Below, piece by piece: positions 12,398 to 24,384 of a stretch of DNA of 64,000 bases. The stretch lies in contig OZ024742.1 of the NCBI GenBank assembly GCA_964016885.1, forward strand, positions 50,902,001-50,966,000. The letters are read 5' to 3'. Numbering within the stretch: the first letter of the stretch is position 1; each line of letters begins with the position of its first letter. Made by a program: the position numbers and the translations under genes. The notes below the pieces were generated by a model, which saw nothing but the letters and a program-made list of their open reading frames with translations, made no database searches and was not told where the DNA came from. Source of the stretch: Eledone cirrhosa. Lineage: Eukaryota.

Positions 12398-15184
12398 TAT
12401 AACATGTGATTGCAAGATCATTGTTTACATCAACGTATCACTCAAGGCTAGCAGTTTGAAATTGTTTTATACATCAGCAATCACGCACAATATGTCCATG
12501 GGAGTTGGAAGGAGAGCTAGAAAGACGAATAGAGACAATAGGAAGTTAGATAAGAACAGCAACACTCGCAACGCAGACACGGATAGGGCCCACACGCCTG
12601 GTAAGCGCTATGCCGCCCCGAGCAAGTCCAACAGTGAAACGGGGGACAGAGGCCTAGGAGACTTGAGACCAACGCACATACCACTGGGTGCACAGCAACC
12701 ACACCTGGTGGAACCAGTAATAATATAGACGAAGAGAGGGCAAACTGCATAGGGGATAGGAAACGCAGTGGAAGGAATAGAAGACGTGATAGTACCTTCT
12801 TTAACCCGCCCTTCAACTCTAATGTTACTACAGAACTCCCTAAATCTTTTCTCTCTTTAATAGATAAGAACTTCCCCCCGGGTAGTAGGTACGGTAGTGT
12901 CATCAATAAGAATACTGTCAAGCTATCGCACTCTACAACCCCTAATCTGTCCTCACACCTAGCTAGGACCAATAAGAGTAAGATCAAAGAGGGACTTAAG
13001 GCCATCCGAAATAGTAAACCACGCCAGCACACACGACAACACGGGACCAACCCACTGAGTGAAAGACCCAGGGGGATATTAGGCAATAGAACTGGCCCCA
13101 CTAGGCAGCCCCGTGGCCGCTTGGAGGGACATGCACCCCTGATTGAGGGGCATGTCCCTACTAAAGAGTGTAATTGCAGAAGGAAGGACAAATGCCCACT
13201 AGCTGGACACTGCCTTATCAGGAACGTGGTATATGCTTGTAACGTAACCACAGGCACGTATACTAAGACGTATGTAGGATCAACCGCTAATGAGTTCAAG
13301 ACGAGGTTCAACGCCCACCAGCATAGCTTCCGATATGAGAAGCTTAAAAATACCACGTCGTTAGCGGGGCATATACATAGCTTAAAACAAACAAAAACCC
13401 CCTACACACTAAGCTGGAGATGCCTTACTAAGGCTCCTCCATATAGCTCGTTGAGCAGGTGTTGTAGCCTGTGCCTATCTGAATCTCATGCCATAGTATT
13501 CTCAGGGCTCAACTTGCTCAACAGGAGATCAGAAATCTTCTCGTCCTGCCCCCATACCATACTTAGCACTTTCTTTTTCTTCAGACCGGACACATAGCCA
13601 TGACACCACCCAGTCATGCACGTGGCGGACCCGCTGGCGTACAGCGTGCTCTGTGGTAACCCGGCCGCATGGATGCCTCGGCTCCCCGATTGGCGATGGG
13701 GACTCTGGTGAGGAACAGACGACCCTGTGTCCCAATTGCCAACCTGGGATTGGTGGCAACACTGTTGCTGGGCACCTGGGGGCAGCTGATGCCTGCGATG
13801 CAGGACATCGTGGGGGCCTGGAACCACGTTGACTAATCTGAGAGGGTGCCGTCGGAGATGTATGTCAACAAACTCGAGAACTGCCTAGGGAAACAGTAAC
13901 AAAACACCCAATATGGCGGCCGCTCCCTGCCTATAGCCACTCACCCCCACCCCCTCCCTTAGTAAACCCCCGCCCAAATAGATGCCCCCCCCCCCCCATT
14001 CTTTTGACCTGGTTCTTTATTATCAGTGATTAGTTCTTTACTAATAGGAATTTTTTTTGTATTTCACCACGGTCGACATAATGGGCTTGGAGAGTTGACT
14101 CCCTTGAAGTCTGACCACTCGATAAGTTAGGGGTTGTGCCCCTTGAGCAGGGGTGTGTATAGCTGGTCTACCTGCTGTCTACTACTACCCGAGACTGGAC
14201 ACGGTCGTAGCCACAGGCCAGCGCGTGCGCGATAGCATAGAATGTATATTTTCTGCTGGTCACCCCGTGTAATATGATACCCTAAGATGCCATGCTTGAG
14301 ATTCACCGAAGCATGCGCAGTCTTAACCGGGAGATGACATGCGAACTTGAAAATACCACAAGCGAGACCCTCTGGATAACGTAGACGCAGGACCATACCC
14401 GCAAATACATACCCTGATCTGTCTTGAATATACAGGGCTGACGGAATATGGATAACACGACCACCATATAAGCTGAGACCGACCCATACAGCAAACAAAG
14501 AGGGGACAGCCCTTCGCTTTTGACCAGTCGCGTGTGGACTTGGAGTTCGTAATTTACCACCCCAGTCAAATCCACACTGGTTTTTTAACAATATAGCATG
14601 TAGACCAATACATCCTGCGTAGCGAAACCTTGGACTTAGAACCGGCAGGCTCGTCTATCGCGAAAGTGTTCAACCCCTGAAACTAAAAGATCGAACGGAC
14701 CACATCCGGCAACCACTGGCTATTAGATCCACAGGTACATCTCCCAGAGAGTCCACGCAGATAATAGTGAACCCCAGGTGATCTATGAACGTTTAAACAA
14801 GACCAGCTGCGCCTGGAGCTATGCAGATGACTGCATACGCATAATGGATATCGTGCCTGGAGCTATGCAGGGGACTGCATAGGCAGAATGGATATCGCGC
14901 GCACACGGTCGCCAGTACTGTTCATCCTGTTATATGTATGTAAATATCAGTGCGCGGGATATCCCTGAGTACATTTTCTTGACCATCAATTGTTAATCAA
15001 TTGTTTGTTATTTAGGCAAGAATGTACCATTGTGTTTGTGCTAGTCCTATGTGTTGCTGTGTGTGTGTAAAGTATCCGAGCGCGGGATATCCCTGAGCTA
15101 ATTTTGCCTGACCGTCAATAGTGTTCTGATTACTTGTTGATTGGGCAGGAATATATATTGTTGTCTTTGTTGATCCTGTATCAA

Positions 15185-15375
15185 TAACTTTGTGATAATT
15201 TTGTAATAATTTTATGATAATTTTGTAATAATTTTGCGATAATTTTATGATAATTTGATAATTTTGTAATGATTCTGTGGTAATTTTGTGATGATTTGAT
15301 AATTTTGTAATGATTTTGTGGTAATTTTGTAATAATTTTGTAATAATTTTTAATCCTGTATCAATAATTTTAGAA
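15185..15375. repeat. Degenerate ~11-bp minisatellite (taattttgt[ag]a) in the PLE 3' region
   Basis: Repeated taattttgtaa/taattttatga/taattttgtga units. Confidence 0.8.
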
Positions 15376-16295
15376 TGTTTTTTTGTGATAATACATGGTT
15401 AGATCACTGAAGCTACCTTATACCTTCTTAAAGATACATTTTATAATTATTGTCTTTTTGCTTATGTATTTTCTTAGTTACCACTTTCTTTAATCTTGCC
15501 CAACTTGATAAACTCCTTGAATTGCTCCCTAATTAAATTACTTAAATTGCTTAGATTATTGTATCTATTATGCCTAAGTTGTATCTGTTGAAGCAGCCCT
15601 TTGAAAATTCCTCGGATATCCCAAATACCGTAATTTTTAATTTTTAACTTTTAATGTATAATTTTCCTCAATTCGTTTTTATATTTATCCTTAAAGGCTC
15701 TCTAAAATTTTAATTCTTCGAAGGGTCTCTCGGAAGAAGTTCCTATTGGAAATATTAAAGGGGCCTTTTCTGAGAGATTTATGGAGGGCTCTCTGAATTA
15801 ACCTCTAATTGATTAGTTTCTTTCAACCTAGTTTTCAATTCAGTTTTCTGAATTTTGTAAACGTGATCTCGGGGGAAGAAGGTTTTTTTTCTTTCGGAAA
15901 AAATTTTTTTTTTCTCTAGAAGAAATTTCATAGGAACTTTATATATTTTTTAGGGAAACTTTATATTTTTATTTTCTTATTTTATTAGCCTCTTAATTTT
16001 CTTCTAGTCTAATAGGTTTATTGGAGCCTGTAAGCTTTATGCACTCATTGAGGGATTTTCTAAGGTGCTTCTACGGGACCCCAAATCTTTTAGTTTAATG
16101 TTGATGCGTAAATTATATATATTTGTCTAATTTTTAAACTTCAATCCCTGACCCCGACAACTAATATAAAAGCGCCCCCCTTAGAATATTGACCACAGCT
16201 ATACAAGCGGAGTTGCTGATGTATACAACAATTTCAAACTGCTAGCCTTGAGTGATACGTTGATGTAAACAATGATCTTGCAATCACATGTTATA

Positions 16296-16342
16296 TGCCT
16301 TGATAAGTCCCTCCATGGGGTCGGACGAAACGGCTGTCGGCA
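16296..16342 (+). ncRNA. Minimal type I hammerhead ribozyme in the PLE pLTR
   Basis: tgcc-TTGATAA-gtcc[12 nt]ggac-GAAA-cggctg-TC-ggca: stems I and II pair, the core is a variant of CUGANGA, and AATAAA follows. Confidence 0.75.
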
Positions 16343-16495
16343 ATAAACTTGTTATAATGTCATAATAGTTCCTTTGTTATTTTTCACTAATATTTCTGCT
16401 CTGCGTATACGCATAGAGCTTAACTAGCTACCGTCACATATTTGGTAAGTCAGACGTGATCATCGCGATTCACATACGACCTACCATACATCTTA

Positions 16496-16544
<49 letters not shown>

Positions 16545-16659
16545 GGGCGGGTATTGCGTGGGTATGTTTTTGTGTAACTGTGTATGTATATCTGTATAGG
16601 TATATATAGCTATGTGTATATATATATATATATATTGATTTTTCTTCTATTTCACCCAC

Positions 16660-17270
16660 TTACACCTGAGGTTGTGTCCTCCAACACTCCCTCCAGCAGT
16701 GCCTGTCAGAAGCAACTGTCTCCAACTGATCCGGCTCTATTCTCAAGCGAAACCAGCCAATATCATGGCTGTTATCTAATCATCTCGCTCAGAGTCCACA
16801 TCCGTATCTCCAACCGGTTGCATTTACCCGTAAAATCTGTCCAGCGATTCTTTCCTGAGACACTCTAACCAGGTGTCCATAATATCGGAGATGTGATGTC
16901 TCAATTCAGAAAAATAGCGGCTATACTTGGAGTGGACTCCGTGCTACGAATTTCATCGAGTATCGATATTCAAAAATCCTTCGGAGGAACTCCATGTCGA
17001 TTGCTCGTATTTTCGATCGTATTCTTTCGGTCATTATCCAAAATGTGTAACCATAGGTAAGGGTTGGCACGAATGCAGTATTGAAGATAGTGAGTTGAGC
17101 CTTTATGCCTACATCCCTTCTTGTGATTACTGCACCAGCTCCTGCAATTCTGGCACTTTATTCAGCCTTTTGCCTTCTATCTCTCGTCAACACAGCCCCG
17201 AGCTAATTGAACGTCTCTATCTGCTTCAGTGGAACACTATTCACATGTAGAGTGCACTGCGCAGGTACCA
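16660..17270 (-). mobile_element. Decayed RTE-clade LINE 3' fragment
   Basis: Reverse complement resembles the RTE fragment at 37200-37950 (VPLKQIE.F, LTYG, YGHLVRVS). Confidence 0.55.
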
Positions 17271-17379
17271 TCTGGCGTGTACCCGCACTGGAATGGCACA
17301 GTTCTTCGGCATGTGAGAGCCACATATATGCTATTATGGAGCAGCAGCCAGCGAGTTTGGTCGACACTCGCAATCTTGT

Positions 17380-17850
17380 CACCTTATTGTAAACCGGTAC
17401 TCCTCTAAGGCTGCTCTGAACATCATCAGAAAGAGCCACGATGCAGCCGGCTTATCCCACTATTGGAGCCGCCTGGCCTCGACCGCGACGAGGGTAAGCA
17501 CACCCACGCGTTAACCTTATTCCCCTTAAAGGCTGGCCAAATTCCTAATTTGCTACCAGACGTGGAGCGACACCTTCTCAGCTTTCAACGTAATCGCTTT
17601 AGCCACAAACCTGGGCTCTGCTGTATACAATGTGGCGGAGAGAAAGATAGCCGAATAACATAGTCTGACCGATCGCATTCTTGTTGCAACGCTCAATGTC
17701 AATACTTGTGTCACGCTTGCTCCCTGCATTGCTGATTTCCTCAAGAACGTCGGAAAGACGCCGGCTCATTTGAGGAGGAAGATCCAAGAACTGGGTGCCT
17801 GTGGCTATTCTCCGCGGTAAGACATTTGCAGTCTTGTTGGGGTGAGAGAG
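17380..17850 (+). mobile_element. Decayed CRE-like non-LTR 3' fragment (RLE domain)
   Basis: EPPGLDRDEGKH..LTLFP..G resembles the EP.GL.R.DGKRPDG.TL.PW motif of CRE-clade endonucleases. Confidence 0.5.
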
Positions 17851-18217
17851 TGGTAGCCACCACTCAGACTGGGATGTAGTGATTGCCCCTCCCCACTATC
17901 TTTCTTTCCTTGCTTGATCATTGTTTCTTTTTTTCGTTTTCATGTCTTTTTTCTTCCCCAGGTACAGACGGACTATAATTCTTGAAGCAATATTTGTTTT
18001 CTATTCACTGTATTCTGGTTCTTATTAAATAATGTTTTGCAACGACTTCACAATTGGGTATTGCTTTATTTTAACATGTTTCGTCAAACCGAAGATGTTG
18101 AAATGATGGTGCATAGTAGATTTCAATATAGATGAAAATATATGTTTGGTATATAAGAAACAAATATTTTAAATGAGGAATACTTGACGCAAAATGTGAT
18201 GTTATTGATATAATTGC

Positions 18218-18403
18218 TGTGGATTGGCAGTATCGATAGAGGGTCGGACGCCATGCTTTCCAGCATAGTTACGTCCCTTTATGATCTGAGTTCAAATCCC
18301 GCCGAGGTTGATTTTGCCTTTCATCCTTACGGGGTCGATAAAATAAAGTACCAGTAATGCACTGGTTAATTGCTGGCCTTGTGCCTAAAGTAGAAACAGT
18401 TAT
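18218..18403 (+). mobile_element. tRNA-derived SINE
   Basis: Same family as 9172-9780, with intact gagttcaaatccc. Confidence 0.88.
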
Positions 18404-20092
18404 TGATATAATTGTTCACAGTAGCATGGAATGAAAATAGAAGAAGAGAGTAATAGAATATTCAACTATAGATCCCCTACTTAGAAAATTCGTAAATAGT
18501 TTCTGAACTCCTATTTTATTAATATAACAGATTCTCTTCTCTGAAGACTAATATTGGACTGACTAAATATGTTAGAATAATGTATTATTTCAATGAAAAT
18601 TTAACATATTTTGATTTGAAACTTCCATTGTAGATTGCTCTTAGTGTTCATATACCCTAGGAAATTCATGAATGTCAATAAAATGTATCTAATTTTAAAT
18701 TTTAGAATTCAATGCCGTTAATGTAATCACAAATTGTTTTACATTTTCAATAAATGATTACATGTATGGAGCATTAGAAAATGCAGCCGCAAACATCAAT
18801 AGAATTTGATAGATTAAGTGAAAAATTATATAAATGTATTTGCAGTTCTGTCGAATGATCCCGGAACCGCAGTGTAAGCAAATAAATTGTGAAATATTTC
18901 TTAATATTACAAATGTTTTCCCTCTAGATTAAATCACTTTAACATAACTTCATTTCATATTAAAAGATCGCGAACACTCTGTAATGATTTGTTACCGTCT
19001 CCCAGCCAAGTCCAACGAAACATATGTTTTTCTGTGTAAATATGTATAGGCCTTTATACGTGTGCGTTTGTATAAACAAGCGCATTTAATATACAGACAT
19101 TATGAAAGTTAAATATTTCACGTTAAAAGAAAAACTATCATATAAAATATCCTGTCTGGTTTCGGTATTATTTGCTTCATATCTCTCAATCTTTGTGTTC
19201 TTTCTAGATGTTCTTTAATATTTGTTTTCCTCTAATTCCTTATTTCTTCTGTCTTTCTCCCAACTCTCACTAAACCCAATCTCGGTTTAATCGATTTACA
19301 TCACTTGGCTTTATTTCTGTTTACTGAAATACTATTTCATGAAAGGTACTTAACAAGACGAAAATATTTATGTAATTTCACGGCAAATTGCGAAATGTTA
19401 AATTCATTTCTATGTACAATAAATGTCAACTCTAATTGAGTTGGGTGCGTTTTATTAAAAGGCAGCCAAGTTATTGTATTGTAATAAACACGTATCTAAG
19501 AAAAATCAACGAGTCACGTGTTTAACTCTTTACAACGACATTTCTTTTTGTAATACGGAGTTTGAATTTTTTGTCTGTAAATCGATTTTGAATATTTCAA
19601 ACATCGTTTAACTTTTCTAATGAAAGGAAACCTAAGATGCAGAACAGGCAAATATATTCGTAAAAATAAGTCATGCAAAAAGTTAGTTGTTAAGATATGA
19701 TGCATTGAAGAATTTTTCAGCAACAAAGCAATTAAAAATAGATGCTTAAAAGGGATGAGATATAAAAAAATTCAGAATATTCAACGAAATAGAATAATAC
19801 ATTAAACTTTGAATAGAAATCTGGGCCCATATCCAAACTAAATGAAAATTAATTTCCATCGTTTAGTACCTGGTAATATAATTACGGCTTCGACGATGAG
19901 ATACATGATAAAAACAATTGTGAATAATTCTTGTAATCAAATTTTATGTATATTTAGCCAGATATAAACACGCATGTGAACATTTATCTTTGATTCTATT
20001 TATCTTGCTTTCTCCCTTTTCTCTCTCTTTATTTCTCTCTCTCTCTCTCAGTCTCTCACTCTCACTCTCTCACTCTTTCTCTCTATACCTCG

Positions 20093-20126
<34 letters not shown>

Positions 20127-20245
20127 TATGCGCATTTCAACAACCAATATCATTATGCAATAACATTTGCGTTTTCATCAGATACAATAGGGAGACATGA
20201 TATGAAGGTTAAAAAAACAGTTGTGAATAGTACAGATTTAAATCA

Positions 20246-20247
<2 letters not shown>

Positions 20248-20304
<57 letters not shown>

Positions 20305-20347
20305 TATACATATATATATATACATATATATATATACATATATATAC

Positions 20348-20440
<93 letters not shown>

Positions 20441-20446
20441 TATACA

Positions 20447-20477
<31 letters not shown>

Positions 20478-20493
20478 GTACATATATATATAC

Positions 20494-20567
<74 letters not shown>
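20248..20567. repeat. (TA)n microsatellite
   Basis: Directly visible. Confidence 0.98.
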
Positions 20568-20571
<4 letters not shown>

Positions 20572-21750
20572 GACGTAAAATAAGAAAATTATAAAAATTA
20601 ACTTACTAAAATTAGTTTCTGAACGGGAATAAACATGGTTCCGATGGAACACATGGAGAATGCCTTTCGTCATCAGGAAGTCAATTCTCAGGTAAGTTTC
20701 CAGGCGATGCGTGGACGCAGGGAACTTATACAAAAATAATTCAGTGGATGGAAAAAAGCAAGCGAGGACTAAATTCCAAGACATTGAAAAAATCACTGCC
20801 TACTTGGCCAGTGGCAAATTCAAAAGAATCAATCACGTGACATCGAGGTTAATCAGTGAGGAGTGGGGTGTTAAGAAGACAGTAGCCGAACTATTACTAT
20901 GAACTATAATAGCAGTTTTGGCAAATTTTTGCTCAACAAAATAATTTGGAGAGAATTATAAGGAATTAGTATATCTACAAACATATATAAACAGATGCAT
21001 ACCTATGCTATTGTAGTGACCAGCATTCCGCGGGCTCACATACATTCTCAGTGCGTGATTTGGCTCAACTCGGCCGGTCGGCGCCAGTGAAAGAGGATGT
21101 ATCTCTGCGCGTCCTGGGGGGGGGGGGGGGGAATTACCCGCAAAGATTTGAGGGATCTCTCTCTTGCAGCTCGACCGCACAAAGGTAAACAACTACTTTT
21201 CTTTCGCCGTGAAATCACTAGCCAATATGTAACACAACAATTTTACCACGGCCTGGCAACACTTAAACAGCCAGTAGCCCGTGTCTTTCCGAAATCTTAA
21301 TTCGTTTGTTTTATTTCTCTTGGCATGCCAGCTCAACCTTTGTTAATAAATAATGTAAAACATGCTAAAGTCGTTGTCCATATTCCTAGCATATCTTCCT
21401 ACCAAAGGTGGTTCCTCGTCGCAACATTTTTCACTTCTAAATAATTTTCTGCTAAACTAGCAAATATATAGGTTTTGTCTTAGTAACTTTGTGGTTCAAT
21501 GCAAGGGGAAGCAGAACAATTATATGAAAGACGTAAGATAAGAAAATTATAAAAATTAACTTACTTACTAAAATTTCACTCCAACTAATTAGTTTCTGAA
21601 AGGGAATAAACATGGTATCCGATGGAACACAAGGAGAATGCCTTTCGTCATCAGAAAGTCAATTCTCAGCTAAGTTCCCAGGTGATGCGTGGACACAGGG
21701 AACTTATACAAAAATAATTCAGCTTTTTTCAATCCACTGAATTATTTTTG
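20564..21750. repeat. ~180-bp direct repeat pair (20564-20743, 21522-21722) about 960 bp apart, the second ending in a short inversion
   Basis: Both copies read atatgaaagacgtaa...atacaaaaataattcag. 21723-21750 is the reverse complement of 20731-20759. Confidence 0.8.
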
Positions 21751-21780
21751 AACTTACAGTAACTCCAAGTTACACTCCCT

Positions 21781-21843
<63 letters not shown>

Positions 21844-21844
21844 A

Positions 21845-21887
<43 letters not shown>

Positions 21888-21894
<7 letters not shown>

Positions 21895-22990
21895 TAAACA
21901 AATAATGAAAAACAATTCCTTATATTAAACAAAAAAAGTTCATTATTTAACGATCGTTTCTAGGGTATATATGTGTTATAATTGGTATGCATATTCAACA
22001 GATCTATGTACAAAATTATACAAAATTATACAAATTATCAAGATTAAATATACATACCTAACACACATATACGCCGTCTTCAGAAATAATGAAGTATATT
22101 TATTGATAAAACAACAATTCAAAATATCAGTTCAAAATTGACCAATGAAAACACAAAGGGCTAAAAGCAGTTCGGTGTGTGTATATACATGTAAAATCCT
22201 TACACATATTTTACAAAAATGTGTGTATAATTTGTATACGCATACTAAAAAGATGGATGCAAACACAAAATTTCAAGGTTAATATCTCTGTAAGCTTAAA
22301 ACATGCTGATAAGATGCGCATGTTCGTGGTTATGTGTATATTTATGCATATACGCGCATGTATGTGTGATTATGCTGATATGTGTGAGTATGAAAAAATA
22401 TATTTATATGCTTGACTCCATAAGTATCAATGCGCATCTTATCAGCATGTTTTAAGCTTACAGAGATATTAACCTTGAAATTTTGTGTTTGCATCCATCT
22501 TTTTAGTATGCGTATACAAATTATACACACATTTTTGTAAAATATGTGTAAGGATTTTACATGTATATACACACACCGAACTGCTTTTAGCCCTTTGTGT
22601 TTTCATTGGTCAATTTTGAACTGATATTTTGAATTGTTGTTTTATCAATAAATATACTTCATTATTTCTGAAGACGGCGTATATGTGTGTTAGGTATGTA
22701 TATTTAATCTTGATAATTTGTATAATTTTGTATAATTTTGTACATAGATCTGTTGAATATGCATACCAATTATAACACATATATACCCTAGAAACGATCG
22801 TTAAATAATGAACTTTTTTTGTTTAATATAAGGAATTGTTTTTCATTATTTGTTTAATATTTTATCTTGACTCTGTATACCGTTTATCTTTCACCGAAAG
22901 TGGATTTTCATTACATCTCTTCTTTCCATGATATCCGGAATACATTGAGTTCTTCATACGGATTGGACACTACCGTAAACTCTTGGTAGA
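21888..22990. mobile_element. Fold-back element: ~434-bp inverted arms (21888-22321, 22430-22864) with an HHR in each arm and a 3' tail
   Basis: The arms look identical by eye and give identical antiparallel ORF starts at 22179 and 22572. Flanked by (TA)n. Confidence 0.85.
22658..22812 (+). ncRNA. Type I hammerhead ribozyme with long stem II (mirror at 21939-22093, minus strand)
   Basis: ttcattattt-CTGAAGA-[long hairpin]-GAAA-cgatcg-TT-aaataatgaa, giving a 10-bp stem I and a palindromic stem III. Confidence 0.7.
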
Positions 22991-22996
22991 TTTATC

Positions 22997-23049
<53 letters not shown>

Positions 23050-23409
23050 GTATTTACGTACAGGTTAAACAGAAATAACAACACAATCAAATGCTCAGCA
23101 AACATATTATATGTTTTACTGTAGATCAGCTCGAAGAACGATCAATTATTGATCAAATCTGACTCTGGAATCGAAATATCCTCAGATATGCCTCAATATG
23201 TAAGGACGCGCTTACACACTGAGACTTATCTGAGGGTCTTTGGAGTCCAGAGGCAGATTCCATCAATAATAGAAGATCGTTCCTCAACCTAGACGACAGT
23301 GAAACGTGTGTAATATATAATTGCATATTTTATGATGCAACACTGATTCTTTCTTCCATTATTCTTATACTGTATATGTATATACATATATATATATGTA
23401 AATGTTTAA

Positions 23410-23577
23410 CACAGACGGCAGAGCTCAAGCCGTCTCGACGGCTATTTCTAAAGCTGTCGAAACGGCTTGAGGTCTGCCGTCGGGATTAAACATGTTCCTA
23501 TTACCCACCCTACTACCCTAATTATAGAGTATTCTGGTGCGTCATGGTCCATCTGGTACTTTACCACACATCCTTCG

Positions 23578-23580
<3 letters not shown>
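23410..23580 (+). mobile_element. Miniature fold-back pLTR remnant of the 24381-27732 PLE family
   Basis: Hairpin gacggcagagctcaagccgt...acggcttgaggtctgccgtc, followed by a tail homologous to 27610-27732. Confidence 0.75.
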
Positions 23581-23662
<82 letters not shown>

Positions 23663-23917
23663 CATATATGTATATAAATAGATATAAAACAATATATGTA
23701 ACACACACACATATATATATATACTTACATATATATATATATTGTATGTTATATACATATATATATATATATATATACTACCATCTACAAACTGACCAAT
23801 GAGAATCAAGACTATTCCTGCTGACAACATCAACATATTCCTAACAAGCTCGTATGTCCCAAGGCTCTGATACCATCAACACTTACACACAGACCTGGCA
23901 TATCTAAGAACTGACTA

Positions 23918-23973
23918 ACTGCCTGATGAGGTCATAGCCATTCAATGGCTATCATCGAAATATATATAGCAGT
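23918..23973 (+). ncRNA. Minimal type I hammerhead ribozyme
   Basis: actgc-CTGATGA-ggtcatagcca[ttcaa]tggctatcatc-GAAA-tatata-TA-gcagt, then aataaa. Part of a ~240-bp repeat also found at 34820-35060, 35415-35660 and 35940-36180. Confidence 0.8.
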
Positions 23974-24014
23974 AAATAAAGGATTATGAGTTCATGCAAT
24001 TGACTTATGTTTCG

Positions 24015-24116
<102 letters not shown>

Positions 24117-24337
24117 AAAAATGGGGAGAAGAATACTGCATGGTTGCACATGGATAACATGTTATAAAATGAGTCCCTCATTAAAATCATATACCTCACG
24201 TTGGCGCAATAATAACTAAAATAAGTTATTAGGACCATTAAAACGCGTAAAGCGAGTGAGACAAGTAAACAACACAGAGGAAAGCTAACAGAAGAGAGGA
24301 AGTGACACAAGCTACATAGTTATTCTATCAGTATAAG

Positions 24338-24380
<43 letters not shown>

Positions 24381-24384
<4 letters not shown>

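Larger units (their letters stand above)
12303..16445 (+). mobile_element. 5'-truncated Penelope-like element (Naiad-like GIY-YIG) with inverted pseudo-LTR
   Basis: A frame from about 12730 to 13597 reads FFNPPF, NKNTVKLS, CNC-x5-CPL-x3-C, VVY...YVGST, FKTRF..H, C.LC..E, LLNRRSE. 12303-12480 is the reverse complement of 16213-16392. Lies between (TA)n tracts. Confidence 0.9.

Noticed and set aside
12517-13356. 279-aa minus-strand ORF
   Set aside because: Antisense shadow of the PLE coding frame.
20630-20680. HHR in the 20.6/21.6-kb direct repeat (minus strand CTGATGA...GAAC-catg-TT)
   Set aside because: GAAA is mutated in both copies and there is no convincing stem I. At most a remnant.
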